A stretch of 64,000 nucleotides of DNA from Bilabrum cf. latius (GCA_965178125.1 OZ237739.1:868001-932000); one strand, 5' to 3'. Positions 1 through 13,796 are shown, counted from the stretch's first letter. Notes: generated by a model from the sequence alone, not told the origin. Made by a program: numbers and translations.

Positions 1-2305
1 CGATACCTCGCGCAAGTGCACCTAGTCTGCTACGGCGGCCCAATCGCGTACTGGATCACGCAAGCAATCGGGGTCGGACTGCTTGCGTTTCGGTGTCGAA
101 TGGCTTCCGTGCGACACGCGGGCCGAGCTTGCATCTGGACTAGGAGTGGCGTTGCTCCCGGCAGCCTTGTCGACCCTGGCTCGCTTGGAGTTTGGTGCTG
201 GAGATTCCGCCGATTCAGAACTGCTCCTGCTGCGCTTGCTGGGCTGAGTACGACCATTGCCTCCCGAAAATACGACCTGCATCAGTCCATCGCCCTGCAC
301 CTCTTTTCCAACCACCCTGACAACTCTCTGCGGGTTGGTGTCACCGCTACCGGCCCCTTGCTCTTCAATGCCTCCAGCCCGCGCGACACCCAGCGATCGC
401 AGCAGCACTGCGTCTTCTGCCGCGTCATCGACGACACCTGCAGCCGCACCTGCAGCTTTCATGGCCTCCTCGCTCCTAGGCTTGCCAAAGTTGTTCTTGC
501 CCGATACCTGCAGCCCCAGGTTGCTGCCCAGCATCAGGGCGTGGGCCTGCTGCACGCGGTGCAGCCGGTCCAGCACTCGGTCCATCACCACGGTGCCGTC
601 CTCAAACACGGCGTCCTACTCGTCCTCGCCCTCCTCGTACGCCTCGTTGCGGTTAACCACGTCGAAGCCCGAAGGGAACATGGGTCCTGCAAAGGTCTCA
701 GACCTGCGCGGCATGAGCACCCAGGGAGCCCCAGTGTCGGCGATGAAAACGATCTGGTTCTTCGAGGGGTTCGATTCTACGCACGCAGCATCGCCGCTGT
801 AGGCAGGCAGTCGTATGCTGTGCATGCTGCCTATTGCTCCTCGCTGGAACAGAAACACCTGGCCTGCCTTCACTCCCGTGTCTCTTGGATCAGGCAATGC
901 AATCACCCATCGCTGGTCAGGCGACAATGCAGCCTGCGCCAGAGTTGTGCCATCCACGGGGTCAGCGTATGTCTCCTGCGCTTCAAGCTCGCACCCGCTG
1001 GAAGATTCGGCGCTGGTCTCCGTCTTAGCAGCTGCGTCGTCCTGTGCCGTGGATGATGCGCTGGAAGCGCCTCTGCTACTTGCACTGGCCCCAGAGGCTA
1101 CACCTAAGGCCTCAGGCTTCGCGACAATGTCACGCTCGGTGCATGTAAGCACGTGTACACCTGACTTGTTACACAGCAGGGCCACTGGGTCACCCCACTG
1201 GAACACGCTGTCCCGGCCGCTGCCTGCAGGCGCGCCCGATACCTCGCCATGACCAAGAGGCGGTTCCACCTCGCGGAGAGTTGGCGTCCCAGACGATGAA
1301 GCGGTCGGACTTACACCTAGCAGCGCCAGACTGAACCCGGGATCTGCTGGAGGTACTGGGCCTCGAGCTCTGGTCACGCTCACCTCCACCAGCTGGTGGT
1401 CCCGCGTTGCCAGAAGCAGGGTGGCCGAGGGAGGCTGCAGGGCACTGTCGGGATCGCTATCCGCGGCCATGCCTTTTCGGCGCATCCATGCTACGGATGC
1501 CCCGGCTGCGTCGGAGCCAGGTGCCTTGCGATGGGCTGCACTGGCAGGGGCTGTTTCAAAGGCGGCATCGTGCGGCTGCGATGCCCCGAGGCTGCCAAGG
1601 TCCACAGGGACGATTGACGCTCGGGATATCGAGCGGACTGGCGGCTATACAAGGCAACCTGGGCTTCCAACTCCTGCTGCCACTTGCGCCCTTGCAGCGA
1701 TGGCAGTCTTGGCACGTGCCAGCCCGTCAGGTTTGAAATTGATGACATGTGGGGGACCTTTCAGCAAAGTGCAAACAAGCAGGCCTGGTTCTCGTGGGTG
1801 CACGCATATCGACCGGATTCCAGAGGCCACTCTGCGAAGTACGATATTATGAAACAACAAACAGCGCGGCAGAGATTTGATTCTCGGTTCTACATGGCTG
1901 ATTGTCACGGGCGACGTTGCAGCCAAACGAAAGGCCTTACTTTGCGGCCCCTAGCAGCGATCCATCCTCAGGATCAATTGCACCAATAAATCCGTCTCCT
2001 CTGCCAAAGTAGAGGACCCTGGCGTTGCGACTCCACTCCAGAGCAGTAATCGTGTCTGCGAACTGCCCGACTGCCGGCTTCACTCCGTTTAGTTTGGCCG
2101 TTGTGCCGCGGGACGATCGATAGACAAATTTTCGTATCAATGTCATTATAGTCCCGACATCATAAATGCAGAGATGCCCACCAGTTCCTGCACAAGCAAG
2201 CAAACCGCCGAGCATGCTGAATCTGCTGCACGTAAACGCAATCTTGCTCGGAAGCCTCAGCCGACGCCATTGCCACGAACGCAAGTCGTTCGACTCGCCC
2301 TGCAT
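1..2305 (-). CDS. RBBP5: RBBP5/Swd1-like WD40 protein (COMPASS subunit-like); 3'-partial
   Basis: WD40-like strands (GHLCIYDV, ITALEWSRNARVL). FAGPMFPSGFDVVNRNEAYEEGEDE resembles the RBBP5 FAPDFxELxENxEYEERE hinge. GT-AG intron at 1832-1940. In-frame TAGs at 1645, 616 and 22 are read through, and the frame runs off the window. Confidence 0.65.
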
Positions 2306-2533
2306 CCTTCAGGAAGAAATTCAAGTTATTGGCACGTTGCCGCCTGAATCGAATCAAGCCCAATTTTTTTTGGTGATTCAGCGAACGTTCGTGTGTAGTG
2401 GCTCCTTGGCTTGTTTTTGCTCGACCGTAGGTGCAAAGAAATGCATAATGCGGGCAAACAATCGCTGCGTATCACTCAAAGCAACATTTCCCCAGCGTGG
2501 CAGAAAACCGCGTCTCTCCCTGCGATTTCCGCA

Positions 2534-3920
2534 TCATGCCGTTGCTGTGCCGTTCCATGCCGACTGCACCGCGCCCCCGACTGTTGCAGCCGCATTCGCC
2601 AATGCAGACGCGATCATTTTACCCGTCTCAGTTCGTTGAAGCTGAGCTTCCGCCAGTCTCCATGGATCCACGGCCGTGGGTGAGGCCGCCCAAACGTCCC
2701 AACCATACTAGCGTCCCGCGAGGTTGTGGGTCTCAAGCCAGCCAGCAGCCTGCCTTGAGGCCCGATTCAGCTCTTCCGACATGAGGCCAGAGGGTGACCA
2801 CCACTTCACCTTCTGGGAATACAGAGAGACCAGCCTGCAATAGCACGCTACAAAGATCCCCAGGCCGAGCACGACCCACACAAACACCCCCAGCTCGGAG
2901 CGCGCGCCCCCTCGCTTGGCCGCCTCCACCGCCAGAATGGCCCCCAGCCCCGCCAGCATGGCCAGCCCGCCCGCTGCCAGACCCCCGAGCACAGTCTGCC
3001 CCTGCCCGTCCTGCATAGCGAAGAAGGCCGGGCTGCCTTTATCATCCAGGGCGTATGCAGGGGGCGTGCGGATGATGCAGTAGATGACCCCGCTGATGCT
3101 GATGGCCATGACCACGAGGCTGAGAGCGAGCCAGAGGGCGGGCCTGCGGTAGAGCATCCAGCTCGAGGGGTCGGCCGCCATGGCTGCAGCCAGGATCGCC
3201 ACGACGATGGCGACGACGATGGCCATGGGCCTGTACGCCGCCAGGGACACGAGCTAGGGCACATTTCCTGCTTCTGGCTGGTCCTGAGCGATCATCTTGA
3301 GGATCCGATCCACTGACTGATCCGAGCCGGGCTCCAACACATATGAGGGCTCGAATGGCCCACGGCTCTTCGAGCCATCGCCGACCGTCGGCGGCAAGTA
3401 CGCGACATATGGTACATTCTACAGCCCATGCGCTCTGAAAGGGCCCTAGGACTTGTCGAAATCTGCAGGAATGAGAAATTCGCATTGGAAGAAGAAACAC
3501 GTAGAAGCATTGCGGCATCATGAATATTACAGAAGCATATGCCGGAAACTTACCAACAAGCGCGAAGAAAACAGAGCTCTTATTCAAGAACGTGCTAGTC
3601 TCATTCCCAAATTCGCTCGCTTTATCCCATCCAAGGCCGTACCGAATCGATCGCTGGACCGCCTCGATATTGGCCTGGGCAGCTACGCAATTGGAACACC
3701 TGTAGCGTGGATTCCTGGCAGTGAATAGGGTAACCATTCCATATTTTCTGGTCTTTGCGAACGCGTACTTCTCGTACTTGGCATGTAGCGGCAGAAGGCC
3801 ACCGCTTGTGTATTTTGAGGCTGCAGATCGCAGCTTCTTCAGCAGCTCGTCTGCGACTGCTGCGTTTCCTAGGGTAGTCAAGCAAGCCCCCAAAAGAAAT
3901 AAGCCTATCTTCGTGAGCAT
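2534..3920 (-). CDS. OST3: Oligosaccharyltransferase OST3/OST6 (MAGT1/TUSC3) family subunit, ~431 aa
   Basis: Signal peptide, thioredoxin-like LFTA...CSNC, DFDKS(Q)GPF..GL(Q)NVP, then TM helices with ISGVIYCIIRTPP. Intron at 3463-3553. In-frame TAGs at 3446, 3419, 3254 and 2708. Ends at TGA 2534. Confidence 0.88.
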
Positions 3921-4089
3921 TGCAAACAGATTCGATTGTAAACGGCACGGTTTGCATGGATCAGCGGATGCCAAAAATCATGACGAATAGCCGGGCATCA
4001 TTGCACGTTTGTTTGTGGCTGCTCATCAAAGCACATTCGCAGCGATCTTTTCTCGGAGGCCGGCGCCATCGCTGTATTTACGCTAAAGC

Positions 4090-5199
4090 ATGCAGTGGGT
4101 GCATAATGTAATCGAATCTGTAGCTAGCAAGGAAGTGGACTGGAGAGTTGCAGCTGGAGGCCTTGCTGGACTTGTTGTGGCAGGCATGGTGCTGCACCGC
4201 ATTCTCACGCCCTCGAAAGACATTGAAGGTGCTATTGTTGTGATTACTGGGGCATCGAGCGGTATCGGACGGGCCGCTGCGAAGCAACTCGCCGTAAACA
4301 AGGGCGCAACTGTCATTGCACTGGCCCGGCGTCGCGAGAAACTGGAAGAGCTCGCAGACGAAGTTAAGGGCTCCAGTGGAAAAATCATACCTGTTTCTTG
4401 CGACTGCTCCAGCGGCGAGGAGATTATGAGAGCTGTCGCTACGGCGCGCTCGGAACAGGCGCAAGGCAAGCCGTTCGCAGGAGTCATCAATAACGCTGGA
4501 ACTGGGCTCTGGCATTTCTTGCACGAGCTGGAAGATACCTCTGAAGTATATTCTGCCATGAAAGCACCGGTATGTGCATCGCTCGTCACGACGAAGTCGT
4601 TCCTGCCGCTGCTTGCGGAGAGCGCCAAGGCCCGTTCAAAGGCGATGCGTTAGGCAGGGCTCGCCTCGTGGTTCATGACCCCACCGGGTGCACCGCCTGC
4701 CCCAAGGATCCTCTCGGTGACATCTCCTGCATCCGTGGTGCCAATGCCCGGCGCGACGTGCTACTCAATCGCGCGGCGAGCTGTGCGCGGCTTCACTGAC
4801 GGCATGCGCGCAGACCTGCGAGGCACTGGGATCGAGGCGCAAGAGGTCTTGCTCGGAGAGGTGTCTTCGTCCTACTGGGCCAACAACCCCGGGAGCAGGG
4901 AGAGCCTCCCAGGTATCTCCAAGATACTTCCTACTATGACGGAGGAGCAAGCTGGCGCCGAGGTGGTCTCGGCCTTCACGGCATCAAGTGACTCCAATGT
5001 CGTGGCACCGGCTTCCGTGTGGCTGCTCATGTGGATCCACTGGCTCATGCCCGGCATCTTCGAGGCGGTGCTGTTTGCCACCGCCCCGACGGCTCGCCTG
5101 GATGACATCATCGCGAGCGGAGGAGGTGCGGCGGCAGCGCAGTCCGGAAGGCCGCGTGCCTCCAGTCGGTTCAGGGACGAAGAGAAGAAATAGAGCTGA
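4090..5199 (+). CDS. Short-chain dehydrogenase/reductase with N-terminal membrane anchor, ~369 aa
   Basis: TGASSGIG Rossmann motif, NNAG, and YSIAR (YxxxK variant). ORFs 4090-4653 and 4675-5193 are in one frame, joined across TAG. Ends TAG-AGC-TGA. Confidence 0.9.
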
Positions 5200-5318
5200 T
5201 GCCCCGCTAGACGATTATGCGTTTGATTGCAGGTAGACTTGTTTGCTTGCTTGCTGCTGATTGCCTGTGCCATCAAGTAACATTTTGTTGCATCGCATGG
5301 GGCGTGGGCCCCGGCTCA

Positions 5319-8300
5319 TCAGTGCACGCCGCCCTACACTGCCGGCGGCCTCGGAGGCAGTCTCCTCCTCCCCCGACCAATCGCTGTGCTTGACGACAGA
5401 GGCGCACTGCCTTGTTGCTGCCTGACTGTGTTCGGTCTTTGGGCCGGACCGGCTGATCTGGACACTTGTGTGGATCGGCTCATACTTGAGTGGTAGTCAG
5501 CTGGTCGCACGACCCCGCGTTCGAGTGCAGAGAGGCTGACACGGCGCATTTCAATTCCAGTGGAAGACTAGGGGTGCGGTTCACGCATATCCCCCCTCTC
5601 TATCCTGGGCGCGGCTCGCCTCGGATGTTCTAGTGCATTGCCATGACCCGCAAGCTATATGCCAACCGCACTGGGGGGAGCATGCAGGCTCCGCATGCCA
5701 GCAAGAGATTGTTTTGAGTGATCTGGACCCTCTAGCTGAAACAGTGAGATGGGCTGCGCCGACCGTGCGGCAGACTCAAGCTCAGTACCCAACGACGGAA
5801 TCCTCTCGGATGTTTGTTGCTGCAGGCCACTAAGTGAGGACACCCCAGACTCTGTCGAACGACGGGAGTCACTGGGTCTATTAATCCTGTTCGCATCGTT
5901 CAGTACATCTTGAAGTGCTTCATATTCGACCGCAAGCGCTTCGGCACGGCTCTCCAGCATCTGACACTCTGACTCTAGCTCGGCTGTCCGAGTCCTGTGC
6001 CGTTCCATTTCGGCAGCCATGCGCGCCTTCTCCCTGCCCGCTTCCAGCAGCTTCTTGGACTGCTCTGCACACAGCGCTTTGAGAACTACATGTTCGTGCT
6101 TGTCATCTTGCTAAAGGGCGCTGCTTGCTACCCCGCCCGGCCCTGCCGACTAATGCAACTGCGCCTTCTCAACGAGACCCTTGACCTGCTCTTGCAGCCG
6201 AGACCTCTCCTGAATAGCGGCATCCAGACGAGCTTGCTGCAGCTTCAGCGTCATGACCTGGGTCTCATGCTCATGGTCAGCTGCATCATGGGGCATGATC
6301 TAGCACTCAGCGGTCACAAATTGCTGCTACCATCGATGGCTAGCTGTGTCAAGTGTTGCCACTTCGACAACACTCGCTTCAATAGCGGATGCCAGCTCGA
6401 CATGCAGTGGTGGTATGCATGCACTGCAGCATAGCTTTGAGCAATGAAGTTCCTTGGATGGTTGGTGTAGCCTTTGGGGTGCGTGGGTGCTGCCAGTCAG
6501 ATGGTGCTGAGCGGTGGTGAGTCCTCTCTCGACGAGCTCGTCGCGTAGTTTTTGCGTGACTCGTCGCTCCTGCTGCAGCTCGTCCCGTAGATTCCGAAGT
6601 CGACGACGAAATCCTGGAATTGCTATGGCTCGGGCAGGTCTCGGAATGACGTGCGCTGAGAAGCTAGCGATGCCCATGTCCCGGGTCGTCCACGGCTGTG
6701 CTGCTGTGGGAGATACCGAGACTACAGCGACTGGCACAGAACTGGTGCTACAAACATCAAGAATGCACACCCTTGGTGCTATAAAGACGCGTGTCACGTC
6801 CAAGTCAGACTGTAGCCGGTCCCTGGTAAACTTTCTCCAACCTTCAACGTGCTCGATGCTCTTGCGCCGGCGCTGTCTCGTGGACCGTGGCATAGATCGC
6901 ATGGACTGCGACATCCTCGGAGTGCTGGGCTGCTGCCTGCCCATGGCAGCCATTTTCTCCTGAATCTTACGAGCCCTGGTCTTGTGAGCTGCCGATATGC
7001 CCTGTTCAGCCCGCAGCTTCTTCTGCAAGCTCTTGACACGGTCTTGCAAACGCTGTACAGCAAACGGACTCGTTGGGGGCTTCAGCCTCTTGTCCGGTGC
7101 CCCATTGATATCTTTCAAATGCGCTTGCAGTCTCTGAACCTTGCTCTGCTCCTAAAACAGTTCCAGCTCTAGCTCTTCGATCCGTTCAACAGCTAGTGCA
7201 AACTGCTGCTACACCTCATCCATCTGCGCCAACTGCTCCTTAGCCTCCGACAGGTGCTCAACGAGTTGCTTCACTCCTGTCTACAGCCGAAGGATACGGG
7301 TAGTCTAGTCTGCAATTGTCTGCACCGCTTGTGCGATTGGCTTAACTGCAGCCGCACACACGCGCCTGTCTCCACGAAGTGTTGGCTTCGCTGCAGCGTG
7401 GGCTTGCACACCCCTCGACCGGGTTGCGCTAGGCGGACGTCTCGGACGATCCCCCGGCAGACCAGAAGCAATGGACGCTCTCACGTCCTGCAGCTGCTTC
7501 TGCAACATTCCACGGCGGCGCTACTCCTTCTTCAGGCGGCGCTCCAGGTCTACGACCTTGTCGTCGTCTGTCTAAGGCTGCACACTCGCCAATGCAACCA
7601 CCAAGCGGGACAGTACTGGACGTTGCTCGAGTTTCGATCGCCTCGGACCACTCTATAGTACAACAGGTCTGACATCGCAGCCATCAAACTGCTGATTTCC
7701 CCAGGGTGCGCTTCCTGCGGAGTTAAGCAAGTCCTTATGGCCTACACTGGCTTGCATTGTGTCACACTGAAGCCCAACATCTACCACGCAACAGCCAAGT
7801 ACAGAAGCTGCATCGTCGAGCCATCCACGAGAACGATTCACGGGTTGATGAAAGGCTCGATCCGTCACGGTCGGATCGGCAGGGCTACATCGCCTAAACA
7901 TGACGCTATCGCTGGCGGCCCTGGCCTCCTGCGCGGCGGCGTCCTTGTCGGCGGCGTCCTTGCGGGCCTCGGCGGCCTGGTCCTGCGCCTGCTGCGCGTC
8001 CTTGCGGGCCTGCGCCAGAGCCGCGGCGGAGGCCTGGGCCTGCTTGTCGGCGTCCACGGCACGCAGTCGGGCGGCGCTGAGGTCTTCCTGCATGCGCGTC
8101 ATCTGATCTTGTGCCTGGTCCAGCTGCTTCTCCAGCGCGGCCCTGCGCTTGCCGGCGTCTGCATCGGCGTCTCGCGCCAAGTCCTGCAGTCGCTGGGCCT
8201 GCTGCTGCGCGGCGTGCAGATCGTGTCTGGCCTGCTCGAGGCTGGCGGCTGCGTCTCGCTGGTCCCTGGCGGCCTGGTCGGCCTGCTGGCGGGCGTCGGT

Positions 8301-11300
8301 GGCATGCTGCCTGGCTTGCGCGGCTTCCTGCTGCGCATCGTCGAGCTGTCGCTGCATGGCGTCTGTGCGGGCGCGCAGGGCCTCGTTGTCGGCCGAGGCC
8401 TGTGCGAGCTGGCGCCGCAGCTGTCCTGCATCCGAGGTGGCTCCGTCCTGCGCTGAGGCCAGCTGCGCCTCAGCGGCCCTGGCTCTCTCGGTGGCAGCGT
8501 CTGCCATCTTGCGCAAGTCGTCCCTGTCGTGCCTGGACTTGTCGCGCTCAGCCGCGAGTTCTTGTCTGGCGGCGTGTTCTTGCTGCTGCGCGTCCTGCAT
8601 GGCCCTGGCCTGTCTGTCGCTGGCGGCCCTGGCCTCCTGCGCGGCGGCGTCCTTGTCGGCGGCGTCCTTGCGGGCCTCGGCGGCCTGGTCCTGCGCCTGC
8701 TGCGCGTCCTTGCGGGCCTGCGCCAGAGCCGCGGCGGAGGCCTGGGCCTGCTTGTCGGCGTCCACGGCACGCAGTCGGGCGGCGCTGAGGTCTTCCTGCA
8801 TGCGCGTCATCTGATCCTGTGCCTGGTCCAGCTGCTTCTCCAGCGCGGCCCTGCGCTTGCCGGCGTCTGCATCGGCGTCTCGCGCCAAGTCCTGCAGTCG
8901 CTGGGCCTGCTGCTGCGCGGCGTGCAGATCGTGTCTAGCCTGCTCGAGGCTGGCGGCTGCGTCTCGCTGGTCCCTGGCGGCCTGGTCGGCCTGCTGGCGG
9001 GCGTCTGTGGCGTGTTGCCTGGCTTGCGCGGCTTCCTGCTGCGCATCGTCGAGCTGTCGCTGCATGGCGTCTGTGCGGGCGCGCAGGGCCTCGTTGTCGG
9101 CCGAGGCCTGTGCGAGCTGGCGCCGCAGCTGTCCTGCATCCGAGGTGGCTCCGTCCTGTGTTGCAATTAGTTGAGCATTCAGCTCCGAATTTTGCGACTG
9201 AATCTCGTACAACTGCTGCTTTGTGGCTTTCAATCTGGATTGTACTAGCTCCAGCTCAGCTGTCCACTAGTCCTGAGTATTCCTGTGGTGCTGCAGGTCT
9301 GCCGCGGCCTTCTCTTTCAGCGTCGCAAGTCTGGATTCAACTTCTGCTGCTCGTGCGGTTGTAGCAGCCAGTTGCGACTAGAGATTCTTAACGGTTAATT
9401 GAGAGTGCTCCAGATCATGGGCCTGTGCGTTGCACTGTTGCGTGACTCGCTTGAGCTTGATGGCGGCATCTGCCCCTTCGGATGACGTGGCAGAGGTCTC
9501 TTTCTGCAGAGTTCGAATGTCATCAAGCAGCTATGCGTTGCGCTGTTTCACGATTTGAACCTCCGAAGTGAGGTGGGAGCACTCAGACTGCGCTGAACCT
9601 AGCTGTGCCTCCGACTCGATTGCTCGTGCTCTGGCGGCCTTCAATTCATCGGAGACTTTTTCGAGCTCAGCATGGACCGCGCCATACTTCTCTGCCGACC
9701 TTGACGTCTAAGCTTCTATCGATTCATGCAAGCGGCTGAGCTCCTGTTTTGCGGCATCGAGTTGGCCCAGTGCCGACTTGTGCTTCGCCTCGACGTTGGA
9801 CGTCTGCACCTGCGAATCATGCCGGCTTCTCTCCAACTCCGTGATCGTGCGGCGCAGATCTGCTAGCTCTGACAGGGCTGCAGTCTGTTGCTCCGATGCT
9901 TGTGATGCTGTTTGCGCAGCTTCTTGTGTTGCCAGGTGCAGGCGCTTGGTCTACCGTTGAATGGTGTCTTCAGCTTGAGCGAGCTCGACCCTGGCATCCT
10001 GTAGCTGCTTCTTCGTTTCAGCTTGGACATCCTAGGCCAGCTTCAACTCGGATGCCGCTCGGTCCATTTGCTGCTCAAGCAACCGCGACTCTTCGGCTAG
10101 CTATGTCACCTTGGCATTGTGAGTAGACTAGTCAGCTCGGGCCTTCTGCTTGGCATCTCGTATCTCAGCCTCCAACTCAACCTTTTCAAGACGTGCTGCC
10201 TCCAGCGCGACCTGGGCAGAGGTTCCGTGCTCAAATTTGACCTGGAGCCTTTCAACCTGCCCCAACAGCTGGTCTCTCTCTGACTGCATGCTGTCCAGCT
10301 ATTGACGCATCGCAAGAATCTTTTGCATCATTTCTGACTTGGACTTTGCAGCAGAAGCGGACGCGGCAGTAGTGATAGCCTCTGCCTTCTACTGTGCTTC
10401 CATTGTCGCAGACTCAATCATCTAGCGGGCCTTTTGCTGAGCAACCGCTTCTTGCTGCTTGATCCGTGACTCGATCTATTGGAGCTTCATGCCGGCGTCG
10501 TCGACTTGCGTCAGCTTACCGGCCAACTCTTGTCGTAGTTTGGCACAGTTCTCTACCAAGCGATCATGTTCCTATTTTGCATCCCTTAGTAGAGCTTGCC
10601 TGTGCTGCGTTGCGTCAGATTTTGCGACCTGTAGCAGAGACTCTGCTTCTTCCTTGGCCCGCGCCACGGCACTCTATGCCTCAGCACGAGCTGCTGCAAC
10701 GCAAGCCTCGGCCTCATCGCTCGCTTTCGCGTGCATTTCGCTTGCAGCCTTGTCCATGGATCTCGCCCGCTACTTTGCGTGCTCAAGAATGGAATCTGCC
10801 GCTTGCTTCGCCTCTGCTCGCGATTTGCGACCCAACTCGGCAGCAGCTTCGAGCGCGTCACGCTGTTCACTGGCAGCATCTTCCATTATCTGCTGAGCAG
10901 AGGACCTAGCAGTCTGGATGATCTCGTCTGCACGGTCCTTGGCGTTGTCGTGGGTGAGCTAAGCGCTGGACTTACCCTCGGCGAGCAATCTCTATGCCTC
11001 GTCACGAGCTTCAGACAAGAGCGATTCTGCCTTGGCTTGAGCCGTAGCGCGAATCTCAGCTGCAGAAGATCGAGCCGATTGCAGCTATCGCCCGGCCTCT
11101 TGTGCAGCATCTTCGATACTTTGCTTTGCCCTGGCCTCGGCCTCCTCTTTGATGGAGGTTGACTCTGCCGATGCTTTGACTCTCATCTTCTCCAGGTTCG
11201 CGCGCAGCTCAGCCTCGGATTCGCCGTACTACTATTCTAGATCGCGCTTCAGATTTGCGTGCCTTGCTCGCGTTGCAGTCTCCTCGCTCGCGAGTTGCTT

Positions 11301-13544
11301 CTTCAATCGGCCAAGCGAATCCTCTAGGGACGCCTTGGCCGCTTGTGCCCTCTCCTCAGCCTCGGCCAGGTCACGCTCGATGCGTTCTCGTGCCTCTATC
11401 TGCCTGGACTCGAGCTGCTCCAAGGCTTCCTTGTGGCGAGTCTCGGCGTCCTGTCGCTCCATCTTAACTCGATCCGCTGCTTGTCTGCTGGCGGACTTGG
11501 CCTCTTCAGCAGCAGCCACCCTTGCATCTGACACGAGGCCACGACCGTGCGCCAATGCGCTCTTCACAGTCCCACGGAACGTCTCGAGCTGCTCATGCAA
11601 GCCATCCTTCTCCTGCTCAAGCTGCTATCGTACACGATCAAGCTCGTGCCGGATGTCCTTTGCTGCTCGGGCGTGCTTCGCCACTGCGTCGTCAACGCTT
11701 CGCTTCGCTGCTTGTGCCTGTTCTCTCGCGCGCTCCACATCTGCTGCGCAAGCTGCCTTTGCCTGCTCTGATTCTTGCCGAAATGACTCCCGAAGGTGCT
11801 CAAGTGAATCTGCAAGCTCGGACTTGAGGCCTCTAAGCTGCTCGTCGCAGTCTGCCTGAACCTTCGCGACGGTTGCCTGGCACTGGGACCTGATCCTGTC
11901 CTCTTCGATTTTGCACTGAGCCTCCTCCTGCTCCAGCCGGGCTGCCATCGCCTCTCGCTGGGCCGCTTCTTCCTTCGTCACAGTGCTGCGGATCTCCGCC
12001 AGCTTGCCTTCTTCCTGCTCCATTTTCGCCTGCAGCCTTCCCTTGCTCACCTCAAGGTCGCGCAGCTCGGACCGGATGCGCTCCGTGGCAGCCTCGCAGG
12101 CCTCCTGAGCCTCCTCCATTTTCGTAGCCAGCGATGCCTCGATCCCAGCCTCCATCTCGTCGTAGCCTGCGAGCAGCGCGTCTGCTCTCTCTTTCACTTG
12201 CTGTCTTGCGGTTGCCAGGAGTTCTTCTGCCTTCGCCTTCCAGCGCTTGCACCGCTCCTCGATCGAGGCGTCCCGGCGGGTGTACGCCTCCACGATGTCA
12301 CCGAAGCGAGGGACTCGCATAGATTTTGATCCTTTCAGTGATGACAGCGACGAAATGTCCGGGGCGGGCGGCACGATGGCATCGGCGGCGAGCTCGTTGA
12401 TGCTGGCGTCGAACGGCTCCGCCAGGTTGCGCACCCAGTCCACGTTGCCGTTCCGGAGCGACCTGAGTGTCGAGTCGAGCATGCCCCGGAGCCTCTTCGG
12501 AACCAGCACCGAGGATCCGAGAGCGAGAGCTGGGGTAAGTGAACGAGGGTAATGGCTTCCGATGCCTTGGGATGCAGTACCGCTCGATGAAATCATCGTG
12601 CCGTTCTGCTGGACTATGGCTTCCTGCACCGCACCCCCAGCCGCAAAGTTGATCGTCATTGTGCCAGAGGTAGGAAGAGAAGGATTGTTTGGCTCATCGG
12701 TTGCCAGGATAGAAGAGCCATCGCGGTGCCCGCTGGCAGGCTTGCCGTCACCTCCTGGCCGCCGACCCTGCTGGTCCTAGAGTCGTGCCATTGGCACTGC
12801 CAGGTTGCCCATGACTGGTGTGGCCCCAGCCCCATCAGACTGTCGGCGAACCAGAGAAGCGCCCATCAGCAGCTGACTAACAGAGGCTCTGCCCGTGTCT
12901 GAGGGTCCAGGCACTGCATCAATGCCGTCTTCGTGCGGATGCAGCCGGGTGCTCCTGCCAGGTCCAAAGGATGAATGCCCGGCCGGAGGTCTCGGCCTTT
13001 CACTCTTTTCTGTTGGGTCTTCGACAAAAACTCCTGTAGCACTATTCGCGGTACCGCCAACGATGGCAGCAGGCTGTTGGCTTGTGCCGTCGTGGGCAGG
13101 CGGCTAGCGTCGCTAGATGTAGCCAGAGTAAGAACCAGACAGACCCTGGCTTTGGCGCTTGCTTGAGTCCGGGACCGAATCAACCATCTGCATAGAGATG
13201 TTTGGGGTCTGAGGTGGCGACACTGACCTAACCCCACGATATCTTAGTCGTACTGCTGCAGACTGCTGCTGCCCTCGGTTTAGCATTTCGCGACTCTGCT
13301 ATCGCTTCCCGTCGGTAGTCAGGGGATCCAAACCACGGGTGTTCGCACTAGTTACAAGTGCATGGAATATTGATCCCTCTCTTGGTGCGCTGTGTGCCGT
13401 CGAGGGTAGCCCACCAGGAGGGGATGGCGGAGGTCGCCGGGCAGTTGCTAGCACTCTACGATTCAACGACTTCCTTCCATCATGGTCTCGAGTATATTGT
13501 AATCCAGCAACTCTAGATAATAGCGCGTTTACTTCGGCATTCAT
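5319..13544 (-). CDS. Very large coiled-coil protein, ~2740 aa, apparently single exon; start uncertain
   Basis: ORFs 13299, 11625, 11232, 7653, 7305, 6327, 5655 and 5334 share one frame. The gaps I read contain TAG but no TAA/TGA. Composition is A/E/Q/R/K/L heptad-like. Ends TGA TGA. Confidence 0.8.
7909..9158. repeat. Near-identical in-frame direct repeat, period 708 bp (236 aa), ~1.8 copies
   Basis: 7909-8450 matches 8617-9158 with only a few substitutions. The ORF track shows duplicated translations offset by 708. Confidence 0.95.
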
Positions 13545-13796
13545 TGATGTGGCTCGTGAATTGATGGTGTTTGCACGATACAAGCTCGACTCTATCTGGT
13601 TCCGCAACTATTGCGCAGCGCCATTATAACGACTACTTATATGATCCGATCAATAAACCACACACGAAACACGCGGCCAAGCGTTGAACAAGGAAGCCGA
13701 GACCGAATCTTGGTGACCGCAACTAGCTGGGATAATTGCCGCTACTAAGCTTATATACATCTAGTCTACCCTCTGAAGGCCACAAAACTTAAGAAG

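Noticed and set aside
7909-9158. CRISPR-like or mobile repeat
   Set aside because: It is an in-frame coding repeat with no spacer structure, in a eukaryotic context.
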